Notes under the pieces: model-generated
Databases searched by the model: none
What the model saw: the letters and a program-made list of their open reading frames with translations, nothing else
What the model was told of the DNA's origin: nothing
Program-made: the position numbers and the translations under genes
Shown here: positions 29,593 through 39,504 of the stretch, piece by piece
Layout of the letters: each line of letters starts with the position of its first letter
Position numbering within the stretch: position 1 is the stretch's first letter
From: Chitinophagales bacterium
GTDB lineage: Bacteria; Bacteroidota; Bacteroidia; Chitinophagales; UBA10324
DNA: 64,000 nt
Direction: 5' to 3'
Assembly: GCA_019694975.1 (NCBI GenBank)
Contig: JAIBAY010000002.1
Coordinates: 197,252 to 261,251, forward strand

Positions 29593-31044
29593 ATGAAAAA
29601 CTCCATGAAAATCTTTAATCTGATCAGTTTGCTGATCTTCGTCAGTACGGTTGCCTTCGCGCAACAACCTGCCATACAGAATTTCAGGCACTATGATCAG
29701 AAAGGGCTGAATGTATTCGAAACCGGTAAGTCGGATACAACACTCTTCACCGGTTTCAAGGTGCGTCTTGGCCTCAACTCCTCCTTCACCTTCCAGAATC
29801 TCGATCATGAGAATGTAATTGACACCAACCAGGTAGCCGGAACAGGATGGCACCTTATCGATAACACCGGCAAAGCCAGCAAACCGGATGGTATTGATGA
29901 TCGTACGCTCGTAGGAATTACCAATGGCTTTAACCTGGCCATGGCGAACCTCAACCTCGATGCTCAACTGTATGACGGTATCCACATGAACCTTGTGGCT
30001 TATCTCTCTTCCCGGCATCACCAGGAAGCATGGGTGAAAGGCGGTTACATTCAGTTCGACAAACTCACTTTCCTGAAAAGTGATAAGATTGACAATATGA
30101 TGGAATACCTCACCATCAAATTCGGTGACTATGAAGTAAACTATGGTGATCAGCATTATCGCCGCAGCGATGGTGGCAATGCCATGTATAACCCATTTGT
30201 TGAAAACCTGATACTGGATGAATTCACTACGGAAATCGGCGGTGAACTTCAATTCCACAACAAGACCGGTTTTCTTGCCGTGGTTGAATTAACAGGCGGC
30301 GAAATAAAAGGTGATGTTGCCTATCCTGTTTCATCCGCTGATACTTCAGGCGTAAAGGATGCCAATACCGGTGAAGTGAATAAACGTTCGCCCAGTTTCA
30401 TAGCCAAAGTGGGCTATGACAAACAAATGAATCCTGACCTGCGTTTCAGGCTGACAGGATCCATTTATACAACCAAGAGTTCGGTAAGCAATACACTTTT
30501 CGGTGGCGACCGTACCGGTTCACATTATTTTATGGTTGTTGAAAATTACTATTCCAACATTACCACCAATGCCTTTTCAGGCCGGTTAAGCAAGCCATAT
30601 GGTGATCAGCTGACTGCTTTTATGATCAATCCGTTTGTAAAATTCAAAGGCCTTGAATTATTTGGCACCCTTGAATTTGCCAATGGAAGAAATACCAATG
30701 AAGCCGACACCACCACCAATAAACTTATTGGCCACGACAGAAGAACCACCAGTCAATATGCGATTGATGCCATCTATCGTTTCACCCAAAAAGAAAATTT
30801 CTGGGTGGCATTGCGTTACAACGGCGTCAGCTCTGAATTGCCTTTCACCAGCCCGGCTTTCAAAACTGAAATCGACAAGGTCAATGTAACCAGGTTTACT
30901 GTTTCTGCAGGATGGTACATTCTCGACAACGTAATGGCAAAAATTGAATACGTGACCCAGATGTATAATGACTACCCGACATTTGATCTGCGCCATGAAG
31001 CAAAATTTAATGGAATAATGATTGAAGCAGCTTTGGGATTTTAA
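29593..31044 (+). CDS. Outer-membrane porin-like beta-barrel protein
   Basis: Signal peptide (..STVAFAQQ), beta-strand periodicity and C-terminal ..IMIEAALGF. Confidence 0.55.
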   Translation: MKNSMKIFNLISLLIFVSTVAFAQQPAIQNFRHYDQKGLNVFETGKSDTTLFTGFKVRLGLNSSFTFQNLDHENVIDTNQVAGTGWHLIDNTGKASKPDGIDDRTLVGITNGFNLAMANLNLDAQLYDGIHMNLVAYLSSRHHQEAWVKGGYIQFDKLTFLKSDKIDNMMEYLTIKFGDYEVNYGDQHYRRSDGGNAMYNPFVENLILDEFTTEIGGELQFHNKTGFLAVVELTGGEIKGDVAYPVSSADTSGVKDANTGEVNKRSPSFIAKVGYDKQMNPDLRFRLTGSIYTTKSSVSNTLFGGDRTGSHYFMVVENYYSNITTNAFSGRLSKPYGDQLTAFMINPFVKFKGLELFGTLEFANGRNTNEADTTTNKLIGHDRRTTSQYAIDAIYRFTQKENFWVALRYNGVSSELPFTSPAFKTEIDKVNVTRFTVSAGWYILDNVMAKIEYVTQMYNDYPTFDLRHEAKFNGIMIEAALGF

Positions 31045-31055
31045 ATGTATAGCGA

Positions 31056-31093
31056 GAACCGCCTCTCTGATTGACAGAGGGGCGGTTCTTTTA
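31056..31093 (+). terminator. Rho-independent terminator (possibly partial) between the porin and the second YceI gene
   Basis: Hairpin agaaccgcctctc..gaggggcggttct followed by ttttat. Confidence 0.6.
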
Positions 31094-31106
31094 TATTTGT
31101 AAGATT

Positions 31107-31781
31107 ATGCGTAACGTATTTCAAAGAAAGTTTATCCTGCTTCCCTTTATCGCCGCGTTTATATGGCTGATTTTTACAAGCCTTCAGAACCCTCCCGTCA
31201 CACAGCAACACTCCGCCGCTCAACTGGAATATTCCATTCTTAAAGGAAGCAGAATAGCAGTACTGGGCTCCACCAACATCAATGAGTTTACCTGTTTTTC
31301 AGAAGAAACATATGCGAAACAAAAAGTGGAGTTTACCCTGGATGAGCATAAAACAACAATGCAATTCAGTCATGCCATGCTTAAAGTGCCGGTTGCTTCT
31401 CTCGATTGCGGCAATGTGGTGATGAACAGCAATCTTTGCAGGACCTTAAAATCGGATAACTTTCCTTACATTATTGTGGAACTGAAAGAAGCCAGGTCGA
31501 AAGACGGCAGCCCCATGAACCTGTCTAATCTCACTCAAATGATTGCCAAAGTGGACCTGACGCTCGGTGGTGTGCGCAAAACAAAGGAGATTCGCTTCAG
31601 CGGTAAACAGGTCGCGCCAGGGCATTACTCCTTCAACGGACTGCATAATCTTTCATTAAAAGAATATAACCTGGAAACACCGGCAGCATTGTTTGGGCTC
31701 ATCAAAGTTGCTGATGATATCGGCGTGAAGTTTAATCTGAATGTTTCTGCTACCATTATTCCTGCAGACAAATCTTTATAG
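31107..31781 (+). CDS. YceI-like domain protein
   Basis: ATG 31107 avoids the terminator hairpin. ..GSTNINEFTC.. and ..NVVMNSNLCRTLKSDNFPYIIVELKE.. parallel the YceI motif of the 28961 gene. Confidence 0.55.
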   Translation: MRNVFQRKFILLPFIAAFIWLIFTSLQNPPVTQQHSAAQLEYSILKGSRIAVLGSTNINEFTCFSEETYAKQKVEFTLDEHKTTMQFSHAMLKVPVASLDCGNVVMNSNLCRTLKSDNFPYIIVELKEARSKDGSPMNLSNLTQMIAKVDLTLGGVRKTKEIRFSGKQVAPGHYSFNGLHNLSLKEYNLETPAALFGLIKVADDIGVKFNLNVSATIIPADKSL

Positions 31782-31888
31782 AAACAGGCAACAGTACCAT
31801 CTCAACTGCGGGAATTCACTTCCACAAACAACCATCATTTTCACTGCAATACTCAGCGCCTGACTTCGGTTTGATCAGCCTGTTATTC

Positions 31889-34381
31889 TTACTCGTCCAC
31901 ACTCACTGTTATGACGCCTCCTATTCCCATGGTTAATCCAATCACAAAACCGGAGGTAAAATGCTGCTGGTTACTGTATGCCGCCACATAGTCCAGCCTG
32001 ATGAGCTTAAATATGTGTTCAATTCCAAAGCTGATTTCAGCATATTGCAGATCAGGAGTCTGCAGATAATGAACGCCAGCCACTTCCTGCAACTTCAGTT
32101 TCCTGATCAGCGGGATATGATTCATGATCAATCCCTGGAAATGATGCTCCAGGTGGCCTTGCAGGTACCATTCATTGGTACTGTAAGTGTAATAAGGAAG
32201 CAACTGATAGGCATTCAGGCGGCCCGACCGTGCAAAAATGGTCTGATTTCCTTTAAAATGCTGCAGCTCCGCTGCACCTATACTGTCACTGGTAATAAAT
32301 GCGCCGGCAACAAGCTGATAGTCCCCTTCACCGAATGTTCCAAGCTGGAAATGATCATTTGCTGAGAACTCCAGCTGATCAAAATTTATGGAACTGCCTA
32401 ACCAGGGCAGGCCACGGGTGTAGGCGATGGAAATCGTTGGATATTTCGAACCGATAATGATCTTTTCATTCGGCCTTGAATAATACTTTTGCGCAAAATG
32501 TATGGTTGCTTTTAAGCTGATAAGCCATGCATCATACCCGTTGAAATAATCGGCACTGTCGCAAAAAGCAAACAGCGGTTCATTGGCAGTGAAATGTGTG
32601 CCTTCATCACTATCAAATGTTTGCAAGGTGGTGTTGATGAGCTCCTTTCGGTGATTGTAGGAAGTGCCGGCAGATAGTTGAATGCCATTGACTACCTCTT
32701 TGGTGATGGATCCCTTTGCATACGCATTCTGGTAGAGCTTCATGTAGTTCTCTCCGGCAAACAGCGTATAGAAAGTATTGATCAGTGGCGAGATTGGATC
32801 ATCCATGTTGAATTGTTCGGCATAGTATCCGCCTTCCACACTCCATGCAGCCGACCTGGCAGGATCAAAGAGATGTCGTAAAGCAACCTTTACTGATGGC
32901 TCATGATTAGAGAATCCGTAGCGAAGTGAAGTGCTGAGTCTTAATGTTTGATTGTCTTCCCAGTGTTTTGTCACGCTAAGGCTTGCCGAAGGCGCAAACC
33001 CCTCTACAGTGTTATAGCTGATAAAACTCAGCAACCCGCTTGTGTTGTAGGAAGTCTTCGCAGACCGGCGATAGTAGTGATAACCGAAAATCAGATCGGC
33101 TGCCGCGAATCTATTGTTCGCGCGATCGGTTGAGTCAAGGTAAACCTTTGATTGCTGAACAACAGAAAGGCTGTCCTTTTCACGATAGTCACTAGCCTCT
33201 TCAGCAGTCAACGGTACCTGCCGGTTGGCTGTCCAGTAGAGAGAATCCTTTTTATTCGCATCATCATTGATCTTCCACACTTCGCCATTAAAAAAGTTAT
33301 CCGGTAATGAAGGATTAATGGAATACTGTGTAAAGACACCCGCAAATTTCGCCTTCATCCTGAAACCTAATGCATTGATCGCTACATCCATCGTCTGACT
33401 GTAAGGCATCCACGTGGAATCGTTGACGATGGCATAGGTCTGTGCCAGCCTGAGCGAATCAACAAAATCAAGGTTTGCTTCTTTGCTGAGCCGTAAATCG
33501 GTACTGTGTATCCGCCAGCTGTCTTCCATGATATAAATGTATCCGCTAAAGACAGCATCACCTTTTCTTTTGGGAATCACTTCAATCTTATTGACCAGTT
33601 GATGGTCTTCATAGAATGTGCCTGCCAGTTTGTATCTATAGTAAAGCAGCGCAGTTTCAGCAATTGGTGAAATGAATTGCCGGTTACTCAGCAATCCGGC
33701 ATCCACCAGGTTTCTGTAACAATTGAAATCGAAATCACTTGCTTTATTCCAGCTGAAAGTAGCTGCATCGCCACTCACTTTTGAAGACAACATAATCTCC
33801 TTCACCTTATCTGGCTGCCTGAAGTAATATTCTGATTCTGACTCGCTGAGATAAATAATACCAAGCGCATTAGAGTCAATCCCCTTCTTCTCCAGGTTGT
33901 AACCCATCATTCTTTTCGGTGTGCTGTCAAGTCTTGCCACGCCTTTTATGTACACATGACAGCTGAAGGCATCAATTTGACTGAGGAAATAACTCCTGCG
34001 TTTGATGGCAGCCCTGATGACACGGTAGGCAGGATCTTCGCCACCGGCTGTAACTACCACTTCCTTCAATTCAACCTGGTCGGGTTGCAGTTGCACATTC
34101 AGTTCGACAGAAACGTCTTCAACCGTAATATTCCTGGTTGCCTGCAGGTATCCGACATAAGAAAAAACAAGTTCGTAACGTCCTGCCGGAAGTGCAAGCT
34201 GATACTTTCCTTCTGCATTGGCTGTGGCTCCCTGCGTGGTATGTTTGATATATACATTGGCATACGGTAATGGCCGTTGGTTTTCATCGAGCACAAGGCC
34301 GGAGATGGCGGCTGTATACGCCTGCAAACAGGAACAGTTCACCACCAATATCATCATTAATCGCAGCATCATCGCGGGCAT
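31889..34381 (-). CDS. CarboxypepD_reg-like plus DUF5686 domain protein
   Basis: 830 aa. N-terminal ISGLVLDENQRPLPYANVYIK..GKYQLALPAGRYELVFSYVGY (carboxypeptidase regulatory-like domain), followed by the long conserved Bacteroidota beta-rich region. Confidence 0.75.
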   Translation of the reverse strand: MPAMMLRLMMILVVNCSCLQAYTAAISGLVLDENQRPLPYANVYIKHTTQGATANAEGKYQLALPAGRYELVFSYVGYLQATRNITVEDVSVELNVQLQPDQVELKEVVVTAGGEDPAYRVIRAAIKRRSYFLSQIDAFSCHVYIKGVARLDSTPKRMMGYNLEKKGIDSNALGIIYLSESESEYYFRQPDKVKEIMLSSKVSGDAATFSWNKASDFDFNCYRNLVDAGLLSNRQFISPIAETALLYYRYKLAGTFYEDHQLVNKIEVIPKRKGDAVFSGYIYIMEDSWRIHSTDLRLSKEANLDFVDSLRLAQTYAIVNDSTWMPYSQTMDVAINALGFRMKAKFAGVFTQYSINPSLPDNFFNGEVWKINDDANKKDSLYWTANRQVPLTAEEASDYREKDSLSVVQQSKVYLDSTDRANNRFAAADLIFGYHYYRRSAKTSYNTSGLLSFISYNTVEGFAPSASLSVTKHWEDNQTLRLSTSLRYGFSNHEPSVKVALRHLFDPARSAAWSVEGGYYAEQFNMDDPISPLINTFYTLFAGENYMKLYQNAYAKGSITKEVVNGIQLSAGTSYNHRKELINTTLQTFDSDEGTHFTANEPLFAFCDSADYFNGYDAWLISLKATIHFAQKYYSRPNEKIIIGSKYPTISIAYTRGLPWLGSSINFDQLEFSANDHFQLGTFGEGDYQLVAGAFITSDSIGAAELQHFKGNQTIFARSGRLNAYQLLPYYTYSTNEWYLQGHLEHHFQGLIMNHIPLIRKLKLQEVAGVHYLQTPDLQYAEISFGIEHIFKLIRLDYVAAYSNQQHFTSGFVIGLTMGIGGVITVSVDE

Positions 34382-34436
34382 CGCTTGCTTTTACATCAGT
34401 TTTTATAAACAGCTTAACGAATATCAATAAACTAAG

Positions 34437-34560
34437 AGCTATCTCAAAATACCTGGAGTCATCCTGTACCGATTGATCGGGCTCAGGATCTCTTCAATTC
34501 TATTACAGAAACCGAAATAAATTCGGCATGACCACATTCATTGTCCATTTTGAGATCGCT
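34437..34560 (+). repeat. Intergenic structured repeat, copy D (long-P2 subtype)
   Basis: agctatctcaaaat..attttgagatcgct arms. P2 is expanded with an inner hairpin ccgat-tg-atcgg. Confidence 0.75.
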
Positions 34561-34639
34561 TTTAATTTCATCCCTTCGCATATGCTGTAAAAAGTCAAAT
34601 TGGCGCAGCCAATCTTGCCAGCATAAAATCATTTCAAGG

Positions 34640-35356
34640 CTATTGGCCGTTAACGCTTAATCGTACAATTATTTCGCCGGTTAAGATATCTTCTGTAATG
34701 AATTCATAGAGCTGACTGCGGAATTCAAGAATCTCCATCCACTCGGGCAACACCGGTTTCATATGTTCATACTCCAAAAAATTGCATTGATAGTCTCCTA
34801 ATGCGCTCAAGAGCAACAGGCATTTTAAAGTATCTTTCAATAACAGAATATTGAATTCAAAACTGATGAACTTAATAGGTGTGTTCAACCCGATAAATAC
34901 TTCCGATTCATAACCTTCCACATCAATCTTACAAAAATGCGGTACACCATGTTCAAGAATTAACCGTTCGAGCGTGGTAACTTTTACTTTTTCCGTTGTC
35001 AGGTAACTTAACCGCGACGCCGGGCCATACGTCCCCACAAAGATATTTGACAATGTGGCGGCTTCTGTTGTTTCCTCACAGATCATAAGGCTATCTTCCT
35101 TTTCCATTCTTCCGACAGCAGCACCAACAATGGCTACCTGTTGGTTACCGTCGTATTTCCGGCGTAATATCTTCAGGCAACTCTCCTGTGGCTCAACAGC
35201 AACAACCCTTGCGCCTATCCGGAGCAATACGTCAGTTATCTCTCCCACATTGGCGCCTAAGTCAAAACACAGATCGCCCTTGCTGATAAATGTTTTGAAA
35301 TACGCGGCTGTCTTATGTGCTTTTAAGGCTTTTTCAAGGTACCGTATTATGTTCAT
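34640..35356 (-). CDS. FkbM family methyltransferase
   Basis: FDLGANVGE motif and FkbM-like length (238 aa). Confidence 0.7.
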   Translation of the reverse strand: MNIIRYLEKALKAHKTAAYFKTFISKGDLCFDLGANVGEITDVLLRIGARVVAVEPQESCLKILRRKYDGNQQVAIVGAAVGRMEKEDSLMICEETTEAATLSNIFVGTYGPASRLSYLTTEKVKVTTLERLILEHGVPHFCKIDVEGYESEVFIGLNTPIKFISFEFNILLLKDTLKCLLLLSALGDYQCNFLEYEHMKPVLPEWMEILEFRSQLYEFITEDILTGEIIVRLSVNGQ

Positions 35357-35459
35357 CAGCCTGGATTCGTTGCGTAGTTAAAGTAACAATTATCCACTGT
35401 ATAATATTAAAACTTATTGTACTGCTAAAAGAACTGATTTATTCAGTAAAACTATCCGG

Positions 35460-35960
35460 TCATTTAACGCTGCGTTTCCCTAATTCAATGACTTCCACAC
35501 CGGATATTTTACCGGCATCAATTTTTAAACGTACCATCGTTCGAACCTGATGGAATCCGCTTCTTCCTGCTGCACCCGGATTGATATGCAGGAGTTGGCA
35601 GACAGGGTCGCGCACTATTTTCAGGATATGAGAATGACCCGAGATAAAAAGATCCGGCCTGGCAGTTTCAATAATCCGTTTAACGCGTGATGGATAGTGA
35701 TTGGGATATCCTCCAATGTGTGTAATAAAAATACGGATACCTTCACAGTTGAAGAGCAGGTCCTCCGGAAAGCGTTGCCTGTCAGCCGTGCCGTCAATGT
35801 TGCCATAAACGCCTTTCAACGGTTTGAATGTGCTCAAAGCAGTTGAAACACTATTGCCAAAATCTCCGGCATGCCAGATCTCGTCGCAATCTTTTAAATA
35901 GTCAAAGATAGCAGGGTCAACAAATCCGTGTGTGTCAGATAATATGCCGATATACTTCAT
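35460..35960 (-). CDS. Metallophosphoesterase (YfcE/MJ0936 family)
   Basis: GILSDTHG, HAGD and GHSH motifs. Confidence 0.8.
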   Translation of the reverse strand: MKYIGILSDTHGFVDPAIFDYLKDCDEIWHAGDFGNSVSTALSTFKPLKGVYGNIDGTADRQRFPEDLLFNCEGIRIFITHIGGYPNHYPSRVKRIIETARPDLFISGHSHILKIVRDPVCQLLHINPGAAGRSGFHQVRTMVRLKIDAGKISGVEVIELGKRSVK

Positions 35961-35975
35961 AAAAAAGTGGCTGAC

Positions 35976-36887
35976 TCAGACTTGCGGTGTCAGTTGCTGA
36001 GTAATATAGGAGAATATCTCTTCCATCTGAAACGGATGAAACCACCTGATATCCTTATCCTTTTTAAACCAGGTCATTTGCCGCTTCGCATAGTTGCGGC
36101 TATGCTGCTTGATGAGGGCCACAGCTGCTTCCAAAGATGAATAGCCGCGAATGAATTCAAATAACTCCGTGTAGCCAACGGTTTGCAGCGGATTCAGTTC
36201 TGCAAAAGATAACAGTGGCTGAACTTCTTTCAGCAGGCCTGCTTCCATCATCCTGTCAACACGCTGGTCAATGTTCTGATACAATTGACGGCGTTCGAGT
36301 TCCAGTCCGATTTTCACGGGCTGAAAATTTCTTTGTATAACTTTTTTCTTCCTGTAGGATGAATATGGCATGCCACCTGCGAGGCATACGGAGAGTGCAC
36401 GAATCAGGCGCTGCGGATTGTTAAGGTCAACCTCAGCATAATAGTCAGGGTCCTTTTGCATCAGCAACTCTTGCAGTGCCTTCAATCCACCTGCATGATA
36501 CAGGTTGTTCACTTCCAACATTGTCGCTGCGGACACATCCGGAAATTTATCCAGCCCTTCCGTCAAAGCGCGGATAAACAGGCCGGAACCGCCGGTGGCT
36601 ACCACTACATCATGCGTCTGATAAAGTTCATCCAGCTTTGCAATGGCATCTTTTGCAAAATCTCCTGCAGAATACGGTTGTGTAACGGATAAATGACTGA
36701 TAAAATAATGTGGCACCAGCTGTAATTCATCATCAGAAGGCGTTGCTGTGCCGATCTTCATTTCTTTATAGAACTGGCGCGCATCAGCGGATATAACAGC
36801 TGTTTTGTATTGTTGGGCGATCCTGCTACTCACCTGCGTTTTACCAACCGCCGTTGGACCAACGACTGTGACCAGGTATTTTTTCAC
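35976..36887 (-). CDS. miaA: tRNA dimethylallyltransferase
   Basis: VVGPTAVGKT P-loop, ..ISADARQFYKEMKIGTA.., 303 aa. Confidence 0.9.
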   Translation of the reverse strand: MKKYLVTVVGPTAVGKTQVSSRIAQQYKTAVISADARQFYKEMKIGTATPSDDELQLVPHYFISHLSVTQPYSAGDFAKDAIAKLDELYQTHDVVVATGGSGLFIRALTEGLDKFPDVSAATMLEVNNLYHAGGLKALQELLMQKDPDYYAEVDLNNPQRLIRALSVCLAGGMPYSSYRKKKVIQRNFQPVKIGLELERRQLYQNIDQRVDRMMEAGLLKEVQPLLSFAELNPLQTVGYTELFEFIRGYSSLEAAVALIKQHSRNYAKRQMTWFKKDKDIRWFHPFQMEEIFSYITQQLTPQV

Positions 36888-36918
36888 AATAACTTATAGG
36901 ATAATAATGAATGAGTCA

Positions 36919-37593
36919 TTAATCTTTGTCTTCGCCGTCAATAAAATCACTGCCAAAATCTTCTTCTGTAAACTCTTCCGCTTCGGCATCATCCGGCATA
37001 TCATCTGCTTCCCCGGTATCTGAGCTTTCTTCTTCCTCGGTTTCCGCATCACTCACTTCAATATCTTCTTCTGCGCCTTCCTCGCCCATGTTTTCAATAT
37101 CCACCTCATCATCGTCAATACGCTGATCTTCTGTGTCGCCCTCATCTGCTACTTTGGTATAATGCGCCACAAGCTCTTCCTTCTTAAAGGGCGACGGGCC
37201 TTGTTGCCTTGTGCAAACCGGGTAGATGACGGATGGTTTTTCGGCACCGGTGAGTGACATCAGTTCAACCAGAAAAACAAACTCCTGGTTACCCTTGTAT
37301 TCGAAAATAAATTTCTGATGCGGATCATCAATCAGTGCAACCAGCATCGGCAGCACTGACGGATTGGCTTTGGCCTTTCCCTTTTTCTCAGGCACAGGAG
37401 CAAAAGCAAGTTGTTTCAGGCGGTGCCAGCTGTCATTGCTTGAATAAAAAAAGCCGCTTCCTCCTGCAGGAAGATTGTAAGAAGACATGATCACCGTTTC
37501 AAGGTCGCTGAATGTTTGCGACGGTTTTATTTCCACATCACGGAAGATGCTGTCATCATCTTCATACATAACCCTGAACTTGTAGATCGTCAT
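36919..37593 (-). CDS. Hypothetical protein with an extremely acidic C-terminal tail
   Basis: ATG 37593 (MTIYKFRVMYEDDD..). The last ~75 aa are dominated by D and E. The N-terminal domain vaguely resembles the pRiA4b ORF-3-like family. Confidence 0.5.
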   Translation of the reverse strand: MTIYKFRVMYEDDDSIFRDVEIKPSQTFSDLETVIMSSYNLPAGGSGFFYSSNDSWHRLKQLAFAPVPEKKGKAKANPSVLPMLVALIDDPHQKFIFEYKGNQEFVFLVELMSLTGAEKPSVIYPVCTRQQGPSPFKKEELVAHYTKVADEGDTEDQRIDDDEVDIENMGEEGAEEDIEVSDAETEEEESSDTGEADDMPDDAEAEEFTEEDFGSDFIDGEDKD

Positions 37594-37669
37594 GCGAACC
37601 TTGCTTGCTGATTGAATGAATGCCGTAGCAAAGAAACCAATAAACCTAAACAGAAACAATACAAGACAA

Positions 37670-39124
37670 TTAAATTTCTGTGGCCGGCTGCCATCCGAGT
37701 TCCGCCGCTTTCATAATCATAAACCGGAATGCATCTTCAAAGTTATTCCCAATTTTTCCATCCAGTATCGCTTCCCTCACCGCATCTTTGATAAGACCGA
37801 TTTCCCGTCCGGGTTGCTTATTGAAAGTACGCATGATGATTTCACCGGTGATAGGCGGCTGCCAGTTACGCATCTGATCTTTTGCCTCCACTTCCACCAT
37901 CTTTTCACGAACCAGTTGAAAATTCTGCAGGTATTTCTTCACTTTGTTTTCATTCTTTGATGTTATGTCAGATTCACATAATATCATCAGTGCATCAATG
38001 TCGTTACCGGCTTCAAAAAGCAACCGCCTGACAGCAGAATCGGTTACCTGCTCTTTGGTTAAGCTGATAGGTCTTAAATGCAACAACACCATTTTCTGAA
38101 CAAAGTGCAGCTTCTCATTCTGCGGCAGGTGAAACTTCCTGAAAATGGCTGCAGCCTTTCTTGCACCCACCACTTCATGACCATGAAAGGTCCATCCATG
38201 GCCTTTCTCAAACCGCTTGGTATCAGGTTTGGCAATATCATGCAATACAGCAGCCCAACGCAGCCAAAGATCATCGCTTCGTTCAGCAACATTATCAAGC
38301 ACCTGCAGCGTATGATAGAAATTGTCCTTATGACCTTTGCCTTCCAGGTGCTCTACGCCGTATAACCGTACAAATTCCGGAAAAATCAGTTGCAGCAATC
38401 CGCTTTTGAAAAGCAGGTCAAAACCAACCGAAGGTTTTTGTGCTGCTATGATTTTATTCAATTCCTCCACAATTCTCTCCTGAGAAATGATCTGAATTCT
38501 TTCCTTATTCCGCGATATGGCTGCAAAGGTGACAGCATCGATCCTGAAATGCAGCTGCGTTGCAAAACGAATGGCGCGCATCATCCGCAAAGGGTCATCT
38601 GAAAAAGTAATATCAGGATCAAGGGGCGTACGAATCGTCTTAGCGCTGATGTCGTGCATGCCGTCAAAAGCATCCAGCAACATGCCATAGTCTTCCTCAT
38701 TCAAACTGACGGCAAGGGCGTTTATCGTGAAATCGCGCCGGCTCAGATCTTCCTGTAATGTTCCGTCTTCTACAATCGGTTTCCGTGAATCGCGCCGGTA
38801 TGATTCTTTTCTTGCCCCTACAAATTCAATCTCAAAACCGGCATGCTTCAGCAATGCTGTTCCAAAATTTTTATAAACAGCCAGTGAAGGAGTGGGAAAA
38901 ATACGGGTAGCAACCTGTTTGGCAAAATCAATACCGCTGCCGACTACCGTTACATCAATGTCTTTTGACTGTCTGCCTAATACCTGGTCGCGCACATAGC
39001 CGCCCACGAGGTAAGCTGATACCTGCTGTTCCCTCGCACAGTCACTCAGCAATCCGATTATCTTCTCTTCTTCCGGAGACATGCTAAGCGGTACAAACCT
39101 TTTTATGATTTCTCCCTTTTTCAA
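37670..39124 (-). CDS. CCA-adding enzyme / poly(A) polymerase-family tRNA nucleotidyltransferase with HD domain
   Basis: VGGYVRDQVLGR..KDIDV, RRDFTINA and the HD-domain motif LHDIAKP. Confidence 0.85.
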   Translation of the reverse strand: MKKGEIIKRFVPLSMSPEEEKIIGLLSDCAREQQVSAYLVGGYVRDQVLGRQSKDIDVTVVGSGIDFAKQVATRIFPTPSLAVYKNFGTALLKHAGFEIEFVGARKESYRRDSRKPIVEDGTLQEDLSRRDFTINALAVSLNEEDYGMLLDAFDGMHDISAKTIRTPLDPDITFSDDPLRMMRAIRFATQLHFRIDAVTFAAISRNKERIQIISQERIVEELNKIIAAQKPSVGFDLLFKSGLLQLIFPEFVRLYGVEHLEGKGHKDNFYHTLQVLDNVAERSDDLWLRWAAVLHDIAKPDTKRFEKGHGWTFHGHEVVGARKAAAIFRKFHLPQNEKLHFVQKMVLLHLRPISLTKEQVTDSAVRRLLFEAGNDIDALMILCESDITSKNENKVKKYLQNFQLVREKMVEVEAKDQMRNWQPPITGEIIMRTFNKQPGREIGLIKDAVREAILDGKIGNNFEDAFRFMIMKAAELGWQPATEI

Positions 39125-39430
39125 AATACTACGGCCTTATTGTTCTTTAAATATTGTTTTCCGGAATGCATTCCGCAGCAAGTGCAGCGAAAGCATTTTA
39201 TTATCCTGATTAAATATCACTGATTCATTTTTGCACTTCTTCCCATTTGCACCGCTTGTTTTGATTAACGGTTTATGAGATCACCCTGACTTCCAACGCT
39301 GCTCAGTCAATAAACAGCATCAAAATAAAAATGGCCTCCTGAAAATCCGGAAGCCATTTATGCATCAGGGGCAGAAACGAACGTTTGCAGCGGATATTAG
39401 CTGCCTGCTCCTGCTTCTCCTCCATTACAG

Positions 39431-39504
39431 TAGCGAGAGAGGGAGTTGAACCCTCGACCTCCGGGTTATGAATCCGACGCTCTAACCATCTGAGCTACCT
39501 CGCC
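39431..39504 (-). tRNA. tRNA with CAU anticodon (Met; a lysidine-modified Ile2 cannot be excluded)
   Basis: Manual cloverleaf: GGCGAGG acceptor (two G-U pairs), D-arm GCTC-AGATGGTTA-GAGC, anticodon loop TTCATAA, T-arm GAGGG-TTCAACT-CCCTC. Confidence 0.85.

Noticed and set aside
29584-30258. 224-aa ORF antisense to the porin-like gene.
   Set aside because: It lies entirely inside a better-supported + strand gene with a signal peptide and barrel features, and has no motifs.
31071-31106. Longer start for the second YceI-like gene.
   Set aside because: The extension would be translated through the terminator hairpin (31056-31093). ATG 31107 gives a normal hydrophobic N-terminus.
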